Assembly: GCA_964595465.1 (NCBI GenBank)
Contig: CAZQQI010000008.1
Coordinates: 16,561 to 80,560, forward strand
DNA length: 64,000 nucleotides
Source of the DNA: an uncultured Planctomycetales bacterium
Lineage (GTDB): Bacteria; Omnitrophota; Gorgyraeia; Zapsychrales; JANLHA01
Direction: 5' to 3'
Part shown: piece by piece, positions 30,811-40,423 of the stretch
Position numbering within the stretch: position 1 is the first letter of the stretch
How the letters are laid out: each line of letters starts with the position of its first letter
Program-made: the position numbers and the translations under genes
Notes under the pieces: model-generated
The model's database searches: none
Told to the model about the DNA's origin: nothing
What the model saw: only the letters and a program-made list of their open reading frames with translations

Positions 30811-31119
30811 ATGGCTGTTAAGAAAAAAGCTGCCAAAAAGAAACCGGCGGCAAAAAAGAAGGTGAAGAAAAAAGCCGTAAAGAAAACCGTGGCCAAGAAG
30901 AAAAAACCGGCAGCAAAAAAGAAGGCCGCCAAGAAAACCGTGAAGAAAAAAACGGCAAAAAAGAAAACGACCAAGAAAAAAGCTGCTGCGAAAAAGCCGG
31001 CCAAGAAAAAGACGGCAAAAAAGGCCGTGAAGAAAAAGGCCGCCAAAAAGAAGCCGGCAGCAAAAAAGACTGCCAAAAAGAAGGCCGCGAAAAAGAAAAC
31101 CGCGAAAAGAAAACGCTAA
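30811..31119 (+). CDS. Histone H1-like Lys/Ala-rich nucleoid protein
   Basis: 102 aa made almost entirely of K/A/T/V/P short repeats (KKKAA, KKTA); AAAGGAG SD; own terminator. Confidence 0.9.
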   Translation: MAVKKKAAKKKPAAKKKVKKKAVKKTVAKKKKPAAKKKAAKKTVKKKTAKKKTTKKKAAAKKPAKKKTAKKAVKKKAAKKKPAAKKTAKKKAAKKKTAKRKR

Positions 31120-31137
31120 GCGGAATCCTTTTTCTTG

Positions 31138-31167
31138 AAACCCTCTGCCGCAAGGCAGAGGGTTTTT
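31138..31167 (+). terminator. Intrinsic terminator with GCAA tetraloop
   Basis: aaaccctctgcc-gcaa-ggcagagggttttt. Confidence 0.85.
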
Positions 31168-31204
31168 GCTTGCTCCGACCTCTAAATCCCTCTAGAATAG
31201 CGCT

Positions 31205-33541
31205 ATGATCAAACAATTCCTGCGCCATATCGTTATTCCCGCTGTGCTGCTGCTATTGCTCAGCGCGGCCTTTTATGATGTTATCTTCTTCAATAAAACG
31301 TTCAAAGTCACGACAGCAAATTCCCAGGCCCTGCCCACAGGTGTCTACGGCCAGGAAGACAATAAACCGCCCTTTATTCCGGTCAACGGAACAGACTCTC
31401 CGGTTCTGGAAGAGCCGGTCTACGCCTTTCTCAAGCACCATCTTCAACAGGGACGTCTCCCCCTGTGGAACCCTCATCAGGGATGCGGATACCCCCTTAT
31501 CGGCATGCTTCAGGTCGGCATCTTCTTCCCGGTAACAGCGATCATGTATCTTTTCCCCTCTCTTTTCGCCTGGGACATTTTGATCCTGACCCGTTTATTC
31601 TTGAGCGGATTATTTATGTTCGGCATGATGCGCTATTTCCGTTTCCGGCAGATCCCATCATTTGCCGCCGCAGTCATCTTCATGCTCAGCGGCCCCATGG
31701 TTTTACTGCAATACTGGACCACCAACGTGGATATCCTTCTTCCGGTGCTCATCCTGACTCTGGAAAGCCTGCTCCGGCGCACAACATTACGGCGGACAGC
31801 GCTTCTTGCCGGAGTCGTTGCCATGACCATTCTCGCGGGACATCCCGAACATATTCTGCTGGTCAATCTCTACGGACTGCTCTTTTTCCTCTACCGCATC
31901 TTTGCCCTGCGGCGCCCTTTTCTGCGGTCCATGATCCTATACGCAGGGGCCTATCTTGGCGGCATCGGCCTGTCCGCGGCGGCTTTTTTTCCCTTTATCT
32001 ATAATTTCCTATTTCACTTCTGGCATGGACACCCATCCGGAACGGGACTCCTCATGGAAGAACAGCCTGCCCGCGCGATCACCCTGGCCCTGCCGCATTT
32101 TTTCCAAAAGGCTCCGATTACCTATCAATGGGTCTTTGCCGGATGGTGGGGCGGCTACCTGGGCACACTCCCTCTTGGCCTGGCCGTGGCCTCTCTCTGG
32201 AAAAAACAAAAACGGGGGCTCAACATTTTTTTCGCTGTTATGGCGGGCGCTGTTTTAGCGAAGGCTTACGGACTGCCGATCATCAACTGGATCGGCCACA
32301 TCCCGCCTTTTGATCTTCCCCGCTATGCGATCCATTCTCCGCCCCTGGCCGCCTTCAGTGCTGCCGCAGCCGCCGGCATGGGGGTCCGTCTCTGCCAAAA
32401 AAAACCTCCTCTTCAGGGAGCGATCATATTTTCTGCCGGCCTCATGCTCATTACCGCAACCCATTTACTTGTTCTGAAAAACAGCGAACACATCACCCTC
32501 TCACTCAGGGCCGCCGCCTATGCCCTGGCACTGCTTATCATCTGGCTTATCCTGCTGACCCTGCGTAAGCAGAAGATCCTTTCGGCCCGCATAACCGGTT
32601 TGCTTTTATGCGGTTTAGTATTTTTAGAACTCGCTTCCTATATCCACCGGGAACGCCCGGAACGGTTTGATTCCTTCCCGCCGGTCCCCTACATTGAACA
32701 GCTGAAAACCGCGCCTCAGCCCGTCCGGAGTTATGGAAATTTCTGGGCTTTTTATCCCAACACCGCCACCGGATACGGTGTGGACGATCTGGGATATTTT
32801 TTCGGTCTGGTTCCCAAACGGTATGTCCATTTTGTCAACCGCCTGCTCATCCCCGAGCATTTTCAGGCGGATTTCCGCAGTCCGTCTCTGCGGGCGATCC
32901 CGATCCAGAACCGCGAGACAATTCTTAACCTGCTCAACGTAGGTTATATTATCGCACCGTCAGACAACCGTCTGATTTCCCGTTTCCCGCATTTCCGTCC
33001 GCTGGGAGATTATCTGCATCGTGTTTACGATGGCGAGGTGCGGGTCTTTCAGCGTCCGGACGTGTTTCCCCGTGCTTTTGTCACACACCGCGCTGTTTTC
33101 GAACCAAATCCGGAAAGACATCTGGATTATGTCCATGCTCTGCGCAGCCGGTTGCGGAATGTCGCCATTATCCAGGCTCCGCCGGACAAGAAAATTCGAG
33201 ACGCGCTCCAGAATACACCGTCCAGAAACCGCTCAACCGCTTATATCACATTACACACGCCGAACCGGGTTGAGGTTCGCGCCTTTATGGAACATCCGGG
33301 CATGCTCGTCCTGAGCGAAACCTATCATCCTGGGTGGAAAGCCTTAGTCAACGGAGAACCTGCCGAGCTCTATCCGGCGGACTACCTCTTTCGTTCCGTC
33401 TTCCTTCCCGCCGGGACGCATACCGTCGAATTTGTCTTTCAGCCCAAAGACTTTTTTGCGGGGATCGCGGTCAGCTTATTTTCTTTCCTGGTCCTTGCCG
33501 GGATCCTATTCTTCCGCATAAAAAAGCCCTCCGGTCATTAA
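31205..33541 (+). CDS. YfhO-family GT-C membrane glycosyltransferase
   Basis: GRLPLWNPHQGCGYP, LAGHPE, many TM helices, FPRAF, LVLSETYHPGWKALVNG...FRSVFLPAGTHTVEFVFQP. Confidence 0.88.
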   Translation: MIKQFLRHIVIPAVLLLLLSAAFYDVIFFNKTFKVTTANSQALPTGVYGQEDNKPPFIPVNGTDSPVLEEPVYAFLKHHLQQGRLPLWNPHQGCGYPLIGMLQVGIFFPVTAIMYLFPSLFAWDILILTRLFLSGLFMFGMMRYFRFRQIPSFAAAVIFMLSGPMVLLQYWTTNVDILLPVLILTLESLLRRTTLRRTALLAGVVAMTILAGHPEHILLVNLYGLLFFLYRIFALRRPFLRSMILYAGAYLGGIGLSAAAFFPFIYNFLFHFWHGHPSGTGLLMEEQPARAITLALPHFFQKAPITYQWVFAGWWGGYLGTLPLGLAVASLWKKQKRGLNIFFAVMAGAVLAKAYGLPIINWIGHIPPFDLPRYAIHSPPLAAFSAAAAAGMGVRLCQKKPPLQGAIIFSAGLMLITATHLLVLKNSEHITLSLRAAAYALALLIIWLILLTLRKQKILSARITGLLLCGLVFLELASYIHRERPERFDSFPPVPYIEQLKTAPQPVRSYGNFWAFYPNTATGYGVDDLGYFFGLVPKRYVHFVNRLLIPEHFQADFRSPSLRAIPIQNRETILNLLNVGYIIAPSDNRLISRFPHFRPLGDYLHRVYDGEVRVFQRPDVFPRAFVTHRAVFEPNPERHLDYVHALRSRLRNVAIIQAPPDKKIRDALQNTPSRNRSTAYITLHTPNRVEVRAFMEHPGMLVLSETYHPGWKALVNGEPAELYPADYLFRSVFLPAGTHTVEFVFQPKDFFAGIAVSLFSFLVLAGILFFRIKKPSGH

Positions 33542-33553
33542 ACCGGAGGGCTT
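33521..33553. terminator. Hairpin between convergent genes; U-tract on the minus strand
   Basis: aagccctccggt-cattaa-accggagggctt preceded by an A-run. Confidence 0.8.
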
Positions 33554-33582
33554 GTACGTTTCAATGATAAAAATCCGCTTAT

Positions 33583-33975
33583 TTATTTTTTTGCTGTTTT
33601 TTTCTTAGCCGGCTTCTTTTTGGCGGCCTTCTTTTTTGCAGGAGCCTTCTTTTTCGCCGTCTTTTTGACTGTCTTCTTCGCCGTTTTTTTCGGGGCCGTC
33701 TTCTTTGTCTTCGGCTTAACTTTTTTGGCCTTTTTCACGCTCTCCGCCTTTTTCTTCTTGCCGGCTTCTTTCTTCTTGCGGGCCTGAATACGCTGATATC
33801 TTTCCGGCATATGATATTTCATCCACCCTTCGGCGTAAAGCCGCAGCCACTCATCTGTGGCCCGCTCGATACCTATGCTGTAGCCGGCTTTCTGACTCTC
33901 GATCCATAAATGACGGTTGATCTCTTCGATCACGTCTTTATTTTTTAACAACTCCCGTAAATCCGAAATCTTCAT
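33583..33975 (-). CDS. DUF4032-like domain fused to a histone H1-like Lys-rich tail
   Basis: EINRHLWIESQKAGYSIGIERATDEWLRLY then KKTAKK repeats; GAGGAGG SD. Confidence 0.8.
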   Translation of the reverse strand: MKISDLRELLKNKDVIEEINRHLWIESQKAGYSIGIERATDEWLRLYAEGWMKYHMPERYQRIQARKKKEAGKKKKAESVKKAKKVKPKTKKTAPKKTAKKTVKKTAKKKAPAKKKAAKKKPAKKKTAKK

Positions 33976-34071
33976 AACACCCTCCTCTAAAATGATAACA
34001 TCCTCCGTATTTCTGTTAATCAAAATTATACCGATTCCGGCCGGAAGTCAAAGGATTTTTTTATTTCTCTC

Positions 34072-36204
34072 TTACGCCACCGCACTTTCATGCGCGGAGT
34101 CCCGCAAAAAAACAACAGAACCGGAGGTCAATTCATAGATATTCCGCATTGTACGGATATCCGGTTCCTGCTGCATACCGAAAATATCAATGTCCGCCGG
34201 AGGAGCAGAAACCAGGACGGACCGGAAGTCGCCCGACATCACAACCATTTCGGCATTCTCCGGCAGACGGAATCCTTTCCGGACACGCTCTAAATAATCC
34301 CGAGCCAGAGACTCTTCTGCCTCACTGCTCACAGCCTGCAGAATCCTGATCCGCGCTCCCCAGCTTTTCTGCAGCTGAATAGCGGTCAAAATCGCAAGAT
34401 GAATATTGGGACTGCCTTTACGCATCCAGAGATTAATAGTCTGCTCATATTTAAAACGCTTTTCCAGGTCCAGGGCCAGGACCATCAGACCGAGACCTTC
34501 CGCGATACCGCGCTTTAAAATCTCCCTCAGCATCCCGTCATGGTCAGCGTTATGATCCATCACGCTGAATAATGTGTTGGGAGGCAGAAATAATTGCCGG
34601 GTCAACTGTAAGGATATGGTAACAGCCGCAAGCGGATCTCTTGCCTCCAGGACACTCTGTTCAGCAAAGAGCGCCTCATCCCGGAACGATGTGACGATCG
34701 CGGCCATCTGTTCATGAACGGCTATTCTTTCGGCACCGTCCCGCCGGGGATCTTTACCGAACGGCACGATCTTCAGCAATAACAGCCGGCCGGCCGGAGA
34801 GATGATCTGCCGCAGAAAATGCTCGGCATGTCTCATGTCTTCATCGCGGATCAATGGAAAAATAATATTCGGTTTCCAGACTTTAGGATGGTACGGCAGA
34901 CGGGAGGCGGCTTTAACAAGGGTCTCTGCCAGAAAGATCAGCAGGCCGCTGCGGACATCCGCGGTCCGTGTTTTCATCTCGCCTCTGACAAAGATCATGT
35001 ACAAAACAATGATGCCGGCCAAAGCTATCAATGTGAACCGGGCATCAATAACAAACATGGCGCTGAAACAGCCTACACTGCCGGCCAGGGAAACCCAGCG
35101 GGGGATCCTGAAAGATGGGCGGAAACTGGGGATGCCGATCGACTGCTCGATAAAGACCGACAGATTGATCATCCCGTATGTAATTAAAAAGATTTGCGTG
35201 AGCAGTTTAGCCACTGTGTCTAAAGTGCCGAACAGGAAGGTTGTCAAAACAATGAGCGCCGTTAAAAGAACCGCAGCCGTCGGTTCGGCCCGTCCGTTAA
35301 GACGGGAAAAGACGCCGCCGAAAGGGACCATCCGATTCTCCCCCAGCGCCAGCAATGTCCGCGGGGCACCCACGAACATACTTAAGGCAGAAGAGAGTGT
35401 GGCTCCCATAACTCCGGCCACCACAGCCCAGCGCCAGCGTCCCAATTCAATTAGAAGCGTGTTTTCCGATACCAGATCCGACGAGGAAATATGTGTTCCC
35501 AACCAGACCGCGAGAAAAATATAAACGACTAAAGATACTCCAATAGCGGACAACGTTCCCCGGGGGATGGCCTTGCGCGCGTCCGTCAATTCCCCAGACA
35601 TGCTGGCGCCTGCCAGAACCCCGGTCACGGCCGGAAAAAAGATCGCAAAGGCCACCCAAAATTGTCCCGGCGCTGCGCCGCGCCAACTGGCACCGCCCAT
35701 ATATTCCGGATCCCCGCCCAATGCGATCGATAGCAACGAAAACGCGACCACAGCCATAATGACATACTGAATACGAAAGGCGAACCGCGCACTGAAATAT
35801 GAGATCAGCACAACCCCCAGCCAAACCGCGAGAGATACCATGATCATATCATGCTGGGGAAAGATCCACAGCCAAACTTCACTGAATCCGGTGATATAAA
35901 ACGCGACAGAGATGGCCTGGGAAAGATATAAAGGAATACCAATGGCTCCGCCGGCCTCCACCCCCAGAGATTTGGTAATGATCGAATACGCGCCGCCGGT
36001 GCCGATACGGATATTGGTCACAATGCTGGACATGGAAAGCGCCGTAGCGATCGTGATCGCGTTAGCCAGCAAAATGATAACCAGAGCTGACAGCAGTCCG
36101 ACCTGGCCGACGACCCAGCCCAGGCGTAAATACATAATAACGCCCAGAATACTGAGCAGGGTCGGGGTGAACACCCCTTCAAACATGGAGAAGCGTTTGG
36201 CCAT
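34072..36204 (-). CDS. Cation-chloride cotransporter (SLC12/CCC) homolog, APC superfamily
   Basis: GVFTPTLLSILGVIMYLRLGWVVG, GGAYSII, AIFFPAVTGVLAG, VWKPN and a large cytosolic C-domain. Confidence 0.9.
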   Translation of the reverse strand: MAKRFSMFEGVFTPTLLSILGVIMYLRLGWVVGQVGLLSALVIILLANAITIATALSMSSIVTNIRIGTGGAYSIITKSLGVEAGGAIGIPLYLSQAISVAFYITGFSEVWLWIFPQHDMIMVSLAVWLGVVLISYFSARFAFRIQYVIMAVVAFSLLSIALGGDPEYMGGASWRGAAPGQFWVAFAIFFPAVTGVLAGASMSGELTDARKAIPRGTLSAIGVSLVVYIFLAVWLGTHISSSDLVSENTLLIELGRWRWAVVAGVMGATLSSALSMFVGAPRTLLALGENRMVPFGGVFSRLNGRAEPTAAVLLTALIVLTTFLFGTLDTVAKLLTQIFLITYGMINLSVFIEQSIGIPSFRPSFRIPRWVSLAGSVGCFSAMFVIDARFTLIALAGIIVLYMIFVRGEMKTRTADVRSGLLIFLAETLVKAASRLPYHPKVWKPNIIFPLIRDEDMRHAEHFLRQIISPAGRLLLLKIVPFGKDPRRDGAERIAVHEQMAAIVTSFRDEALFAEQSVLEARDPLAAVTISLQLTRQLFLPPNTLFSVMDHNADHDGMLREILKRGIAEGLGLMVLALDLEKRFKYEQTINLWMRKGSPNIHLAILTAIQLQKSWGARIRILQAVSSEAEESLARDYLERVRKGFRLPENAEMVVMSGDFRSVLVSAPPADIDIFGMQQEPDIRTMRNIYELTSGSVVFLRDSAHESAVA

Positions 36205-36269
36205 GGATTCCTTATGTCGTATGAAGAAAGGTCATATCGGTTTTTGCAGCCGGTGTTAAGGATGCGGTC

Positions 36270-36449
36270 CTAGCGCGTGCTCTTTTGGTCCGGATGATCT
36301 TCTTCCCGCGTCCCATCGCGGTGCCCTTTTTTGAATTCTTTGACACCCTCGCCCATGGCCCGAAACATTGCGGGAATTTTCCCGGCACCGAATAAAAGCA
36401 CAATTACCAGGGCCACGACCAGGATCTCTGCTAATCCAAAATGCCCCAT
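36270..36449 (-). CDS. tatA: Twin-arginine translocase TatA/E subunit (59 aa, below the ORF-track cutoff)
   Basis: Manual translation MGHFGLAEILVVALVIVLLFGAGKIPAMFRAMGEGVKEFKKG...; GGAGAG SD. Confidence 0.9.
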   Translation of the reverse strand: MGHFGLAEILVVALVIVLLFGAGKIPAMFRAMGEGVKEFKKGHRDGTREEDHPDQKSTR

Positions 36450-36475
36450 AATTTCTCTCCTTGGAACGGCAACCC

Positions 36476-36982
36476 TTATTCTTCCAGAACAACCTGATAA
36501 AAATCCTGATCAAAATTTTCTACTAGACCGACAGGCCTCACATGAGATATCACGTCGAAGACATCCAAAACAGCGACCATTCCCACACGCTTGTCATCCT
36601 GGTAAACCGCCAGGCGATGCCCTTCTTCAACGCCGTTCACCAATCCCAGCGTTACGGTCCAGATACCGGTCTCGCGATCGATCCACAAGTCGCCTTCACG
36701 CCGCTCCCGCTCTTCTGCCAAATTTTCAACATCCTGCCCTGCAGTCTCAGAATTGATCACCACCTCCCGGCCCACCCTCTTTTCTAATTCCCGGGCTGTT
36801 CTCCGGGCGACAACAGTCTCCGCCTCAACAGCAACCATCTCTTCCTGCAGACGACGAGCTTCCGTCATTGTCCTGCGGTAACCTGCGTGCAGAAGATAGG
36901 CAATGACCGCCAGAATAAAAAAAGAGACCCCAATCAGGGCAATTCCGATCAGCAGCTGTTTTTTGCTTGTCTTTTCGCTCAT
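36476..36982 (-). CDS. Hypothetical membrane-anchored protein (TM, coiled coil, small beta domain)
   Basis: N-terminal TM helix; C-terminal TLGLVNGVEEGHRLAVY...VGMVAV. Confidence 0.75.
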   Translation of the reverse strand: MSEKTSKKQLLIGIALIGVSFFILAVIAYLLHAGYRRTMTEARRLQEEMVAVEAETVVARRTARELEKRVGREVVINSETAGQDVENLAEERERREGDLWIDRETGIWTVTLGLVNGVEEGHRLAVYQDDKRVGMVAVLDVFDVISHVRPVGLVENFDQDFYQVVLEE

Positions 36983-37020
36983 AGTCTTTCCAGGTCAACG
37001 TCAGTATTGTATCACAGGCA

Positions 37021-38295
37021 TCATTCTTTGCCGATCCGCTCGAACATTTTTTTCTTATACGCCTCGACCCCCGGCTGATTGAACGGATTGACCCCCGAGA
37101 GATATCCGCTGACAGCTACCGCGCGCTCAAAAAAATAATACAACTGTCCCAGATGAACAGCATCCGCCTGTTCCATCGTGAGCGTCATATTCGGCACACC
37201 GCCTTCAAAATGCGCTTCCGCGGTCGCTTCGTAAGCCTGGGTGTTGACATAGTCCAGATCTTTTCCGGCAACACAATTAAACCCGTCCAGATCCTCCTCA
37301 TCCGCCGGGATCATAATGCTGTGTCGGGATGAGGAGATCTGAACAAATGTTTCAAAAACGTTGCGGATCCCGTCCTGCATCCACTGCCCCATGGAATGAA
37401 GGTCAGTCGAAAAGATCATGGATGCGGGGAAAATCCCTCCTCCGTCTTTCCCTTCACTTTCACCGAACAATTGTTTCCACCATTCATTAACCGTGATCAT
37501 GTTGTCATAGAATGACGACAAAACCTCGATCTGACGGCCCTTTGTATACAATAAATGCCGGGCAGCAGCATACTGGTATGCCGTATTTTTGCGCAGATCT
37601 TTTACTCCGTATTCCTGCTCTCCCTGACGGGCCCCTTTGATCAGAGCATGGACATCCACTCCCGCGATCGCCAGAGGGACCAGACCGACCGGCGTCAGAA
37701 CAGAAAATCGTCCGCCGACATCATCCGGAATAATAAAGCTGCGGAACCCGTTCTCATCCGCTATTCGGCGCAGGGCACCTTTTTGGGCATCCGTCACGCA
37801 AATAATACGTTCATTTAATCCATCATGCCCATATTTATCTGTAAGGAATTTTCTGATCACGCGGAATGCCAGGGCCGGCTCTGTCGTGGTGCCGGACTTG
37901 GAAATCATCACAACCGTCACGTCTTTATCTTTCACTTTATCGAGCAGATCATACAGATAGTCAGCAGACATATTCGAACCGGCAAAATACACCGGGATCT
38001 GCGCGGAATCCCGCAGAAAATCCAGAGTCGAACGGATGCCCAGATAAGAGCCCCCGATCCCGATACTGATCAAACAATCGGAACGCCCGCGGACCTCTTT
38101 CCCTAACGCCACAATATCGTCGACAAAGGCGTCATCAATAGCGGACGGTAAGTGCAGCCAGCCGGTATAGTCGCTGCCCGCGCCGGTACCGTTTTCCAGC
38201 TCATCATGGGCCGTTTCTACCCGGGGAGCCAGCGCCGTGATCTCAGCATCGTCGATATATCCTTCTAAATATTTCTGGTCCAGTGTGATCGCCAT
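37021..38295 (-). CDS. pgi: Glucose-6-phosphate isomerase
   Basis: GIGGSYLG, SKSGTTTEP, VGGRFSV, QLFGESEGK, DLHSMGQ, NPFNQPGVEAYK. Confidence 0.97.
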   Translation of the reverse strand: MAITLDQKYLEGYIDDAEITALAPRVETAHDELENGTGAGSDYTGWLHLPSAIDDAFVDDIVALGKEVRGRSDCLISIGIGGSYLGIRSTLDFLRDSAQIPVYFAGSNMSADYLYDLLDKVKDKDVTVVMISKSGTTTEPALAFRVIRKFLTDKYGHDGLNERIICVTDAQKGALRRIADENGFRSFIIPDDVGGRFSVLTPVGLVPLAIAGVDVHALIKGARQGEQEYGVKDLRKNTAYQYAAARHLLYTKGRQIEVLSSFYDNMITVNEWWKQLFGESEGKDGGGIFPASMIFSTDLHSMGQWMQDGIRNVFETFVQISSSRHSIMIPADEEDLDGFNCVAGKDLDYVNTQAYEATAEAHFEGGVPNMTLTMEQADAVHLGQLYYFFERAVAVSGYLSGVNPFNQPGVEAYKKKMFERIGKE

Positions 38296-38311
38296 AACAG
38301 TGACCCTTTCT

Positions 38312-39421
38312 TTATTGTCTTGCCTTTATATTGAATTCTGATTTCAACGGCCGCTCGATAACCGCGCCGCCGACCAAACGGTCCTGCGCGTAAAAAGCGA
38401 TATTCTGCCCGGGGGCCGCACCGAATTGCGGCTCAGAAAACCAGGCCTCAATCTCCCCGCCCTCTGCCGGCTTGACCCGCACAGGCGTCTCGGCTGCATT
38501 ATAGCGAATACAGGCCCGTATTTCCATATCTTCAGGGAGCGAACGTAGTCCAAGATCATTAAAATGGCTTGCGCGCAGTCCGAACGTCTGTAAATATTCG
38601 CGGGGGCCGACATAGATCGTGTTTGTTTGGGGATCCATGCGGAAAATATATGCCGGATACCCTAAAGCTATTCCCAGCCCGTCACGCTGTCCCACTGTAT
38701 ACCGCGCAATGCCTTTATGGTCACCAACGACCTTGCCTGTGTGGTCACGAAACACGCCCGGCTGAAACGCCCGTTCCCCCAGGTGCTGCTCTAAAAATTC
38801 CTGATAACCCCCATCTCCACGCACAAAGCAGATATCCTGGCTTTCTTCCCGTGACGCGCACGGCAGGCCGGCCGATTGCGCCATCTCCCAGACGTCCCGT
38901 TTAGTAAATTCTCCCAAAGGAAAACACAGATTTTCAAGCACGTCCTGCTTAAGCAGACATAAGAAATACGACTGATCCTTGCGCCGGTCCCGGGCCTTGT
39001 AGATCGCAACACCTCCGCCGGCTTCGACCAGACGGATATAATGGCCGGTGGCCAGGGCATCCGCACCCCGGCGGCGGACCTCGTCGAACAAGACACCGAA
39101 TTTGACAAAACGGTTGCAGCGGACACAGGGATTGGGCGTCCGGCCGCTGAGATATTCTTCAATAAAGACATCGACCACCTGTTCTTTTTGCGGACGGTCA
39201 ACATCAATGACATGCAAAGGAATGCTCAGGGCTTCGGCGGCTTCGCGCGCAGCCTCAATACTGCCGGCCTTTTCCCCCGGGGGGAGAAACCCGCCCATGG
39301 ACATCGTTACCCCCTCAACCTGAGCGCCTTGATCCAAAAGCAGCCGGGCAGCCACGGATGAATCCACCCCTCCGCTCAGGGCGACAAAGATCTTTTGGGA
39401 TGAAGAGCCAGAAAGTGCCAT
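38312..39421 (-). CDS. mnmA: tRNA 2-thiouridylase
   Basis: ALSGGVDSS, GRTPNPCVRCN, ATGHY, KDQSYFL, ESQDICF, YTVGQR, APGQ. Confidence 0.97.
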   Translation of the reverse strand: MALSGSSSQKIFVALSGGVDSSVAARLLLDQGAQVEGVTMSMGGFLPPGEKAGSIEAAREAAEALSIPLHVIDVDRPQKEQVVDVFIEEYLSGRTPNPCVRCNRFVKFGVLFDEVRRRGADALATGHYIRLVEAGGGVAIYKARDRRKDQSYFLCLLKQDVLENLCFPLGEFTKRDVWEMAQSAGLPCASREESQDICFVRGDGGYQEFLEQHLGERAFQPGVFRDHTGKVVGDHKGIARYTVGQRDGLGIALGYPAYIFRMDPQTNTIYVGPREYLQTFGLRASHFNDLGLRSLPEDMEIRACIRYNAAETPVRVKPAEGGEIEAWFSEPQFGAAPGQNIAFYAQDRLVGGAVIERPLKSEFNIKARQ

Positions 39422-39430
39422 CTGCGCCGC

Positions 39431-40423
39431 CTATTCGGTTTGCCGGGACTGCGGTACTGCCTGGGAAGAAGGTTCTTTTTTTGAAGAAGGTTTTCTCCGT
39501 GAACGCGATGAACGGCGGGGACGCCGCGGCCTTGATTTCTGTTTCTGAGGGTCCGCTTTTTCTTCAGGCTGGTCTTTCTGCTGGTCTTTCTGCTGATCTT
39601 CCTGCAGAAGAGCCTTGATCCGCAGCTTACCCCGGCATTGTTCCAATATTTCTGCCTGGTCCATTGTTTTTAAATGCGGGATCACGCCCAAAACAGGGAC
39701 ATCGGCAGCCTGGCGCAGATAATGAGCATTGCTCATAAACCCTCCCGAGGTCTCAGCATCATTTTCTGCTGTAAGGATGATCCCTTTGGGTACCAAGCCG
39801 GCCTGACTCAGCTGGGAAACAGCCATCATGACAAAATTGATCGCGTTATCATCATTCTGGGACACAAGAATGATACCGGCAGCCAATTCACGAGCCAGAT
39901 CCAGTGTCGTATATTTTGAACCAAGCGGAGTCAACGGTCCTCCTGAACCTTCCACACATACCAAATCATATTTTTTGGCTAATTCAGAATATGCGCCCTT
40001 GATCTTGTTGATACTAAAGCGCTTACGCCTGCGTTTCAGAGCGGAATGCGGCGGCAGTTTTTCGGGTAAAAAATAAGGACACGCGAGATCACGCGCTTCA
40101 GAAATATCCAATGTTTTCAAAACGTCTTCTGTTTTATCTCCCCCGCATGTTACCGGCTTCATCACTCCGATCGTTGTTCCGTGTTTCTGCAATAACGCGC
40201 CCAAAACCTTAATGGCTGACGTCTTTCCGCTGGCAAATCCGGTTCCCATAAAAAAGAGACCCTTCCCTGCTGTTTGCTGTGTTTCCTCAGGCTGAGGATG
40301 CTCTTCAGCTTTAACCTCATCCGCCTCGGGGTCAAAATCAAAAAAATCCAGGGGGTTCACAACCTCCCCGATAACTTCCTTTTCATCCGCTGCTGTTTTT
40401 TTTCCTGGTCTTCCTCTGTTCAT
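39431..40423 (-). CDS. bioD: Dethiobiotin synthase-like P-loop protein with charged N- and C-terminal extensions
   Basis: GKT P-loop, VMKPV, VEGSGG, VLGVIP; next to birA; P-loop divergent. Confidence 0.7.
   Translation of the reverse strand: MNRGRPGKKTAADEKEVIGEVVNPLDFFDFDPEADEVKAEEHPQPEETQQTAGKGLFFMGTGFASGKTSAIKVLGALLQKHGTTIGVMKPVTCGGDKTEDVLKTLDISEARDLACPYFLPEKLPPHSALKRRRKRFSINKIKGAYSELAKKYDLVCVEGSGGPLTPLGSKYTTLDLARELAAGIILVSQNDDNAINFVMMAVSQLSQAGLVPKGIILTAENDAETSGGFMSNAHYLRQAADVPVLGVIPHLKTMDQAEILEQCRGKLRIKALLQEDQQKDQQKDQPEEKADPQKQKSRPRRPRRSSRSRRKPSSKKEPSSQAVPQSRQTE
39568..39600. repeat. 12-bp tandem repeat (about 2.7 copies) encoding QQKD
   Basis: gctggtctttct x2 plus gctgatctt. Confidence 0.7.

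Noticed and set aside
30811-31119. Short repeats as a possible CRISPR array or VNTR
   Set aside because: Degenerate codon-level repeats of a K/A protein; no constant repeat with unique spacers and no cas genes in the window
30768-31228. Phe/Ala-rich minus-strand ORFs that look like membrane proteins
   Set aside because: Antisense shadow of the Lys/Ala-rich histone-like gene, which has the SD and terminator
36212-36513. Track ORFs 36212..36403 and 36256..36513
   Set aside because: Wrong frames; the third frame encodes a clear TatA (36270..36449)
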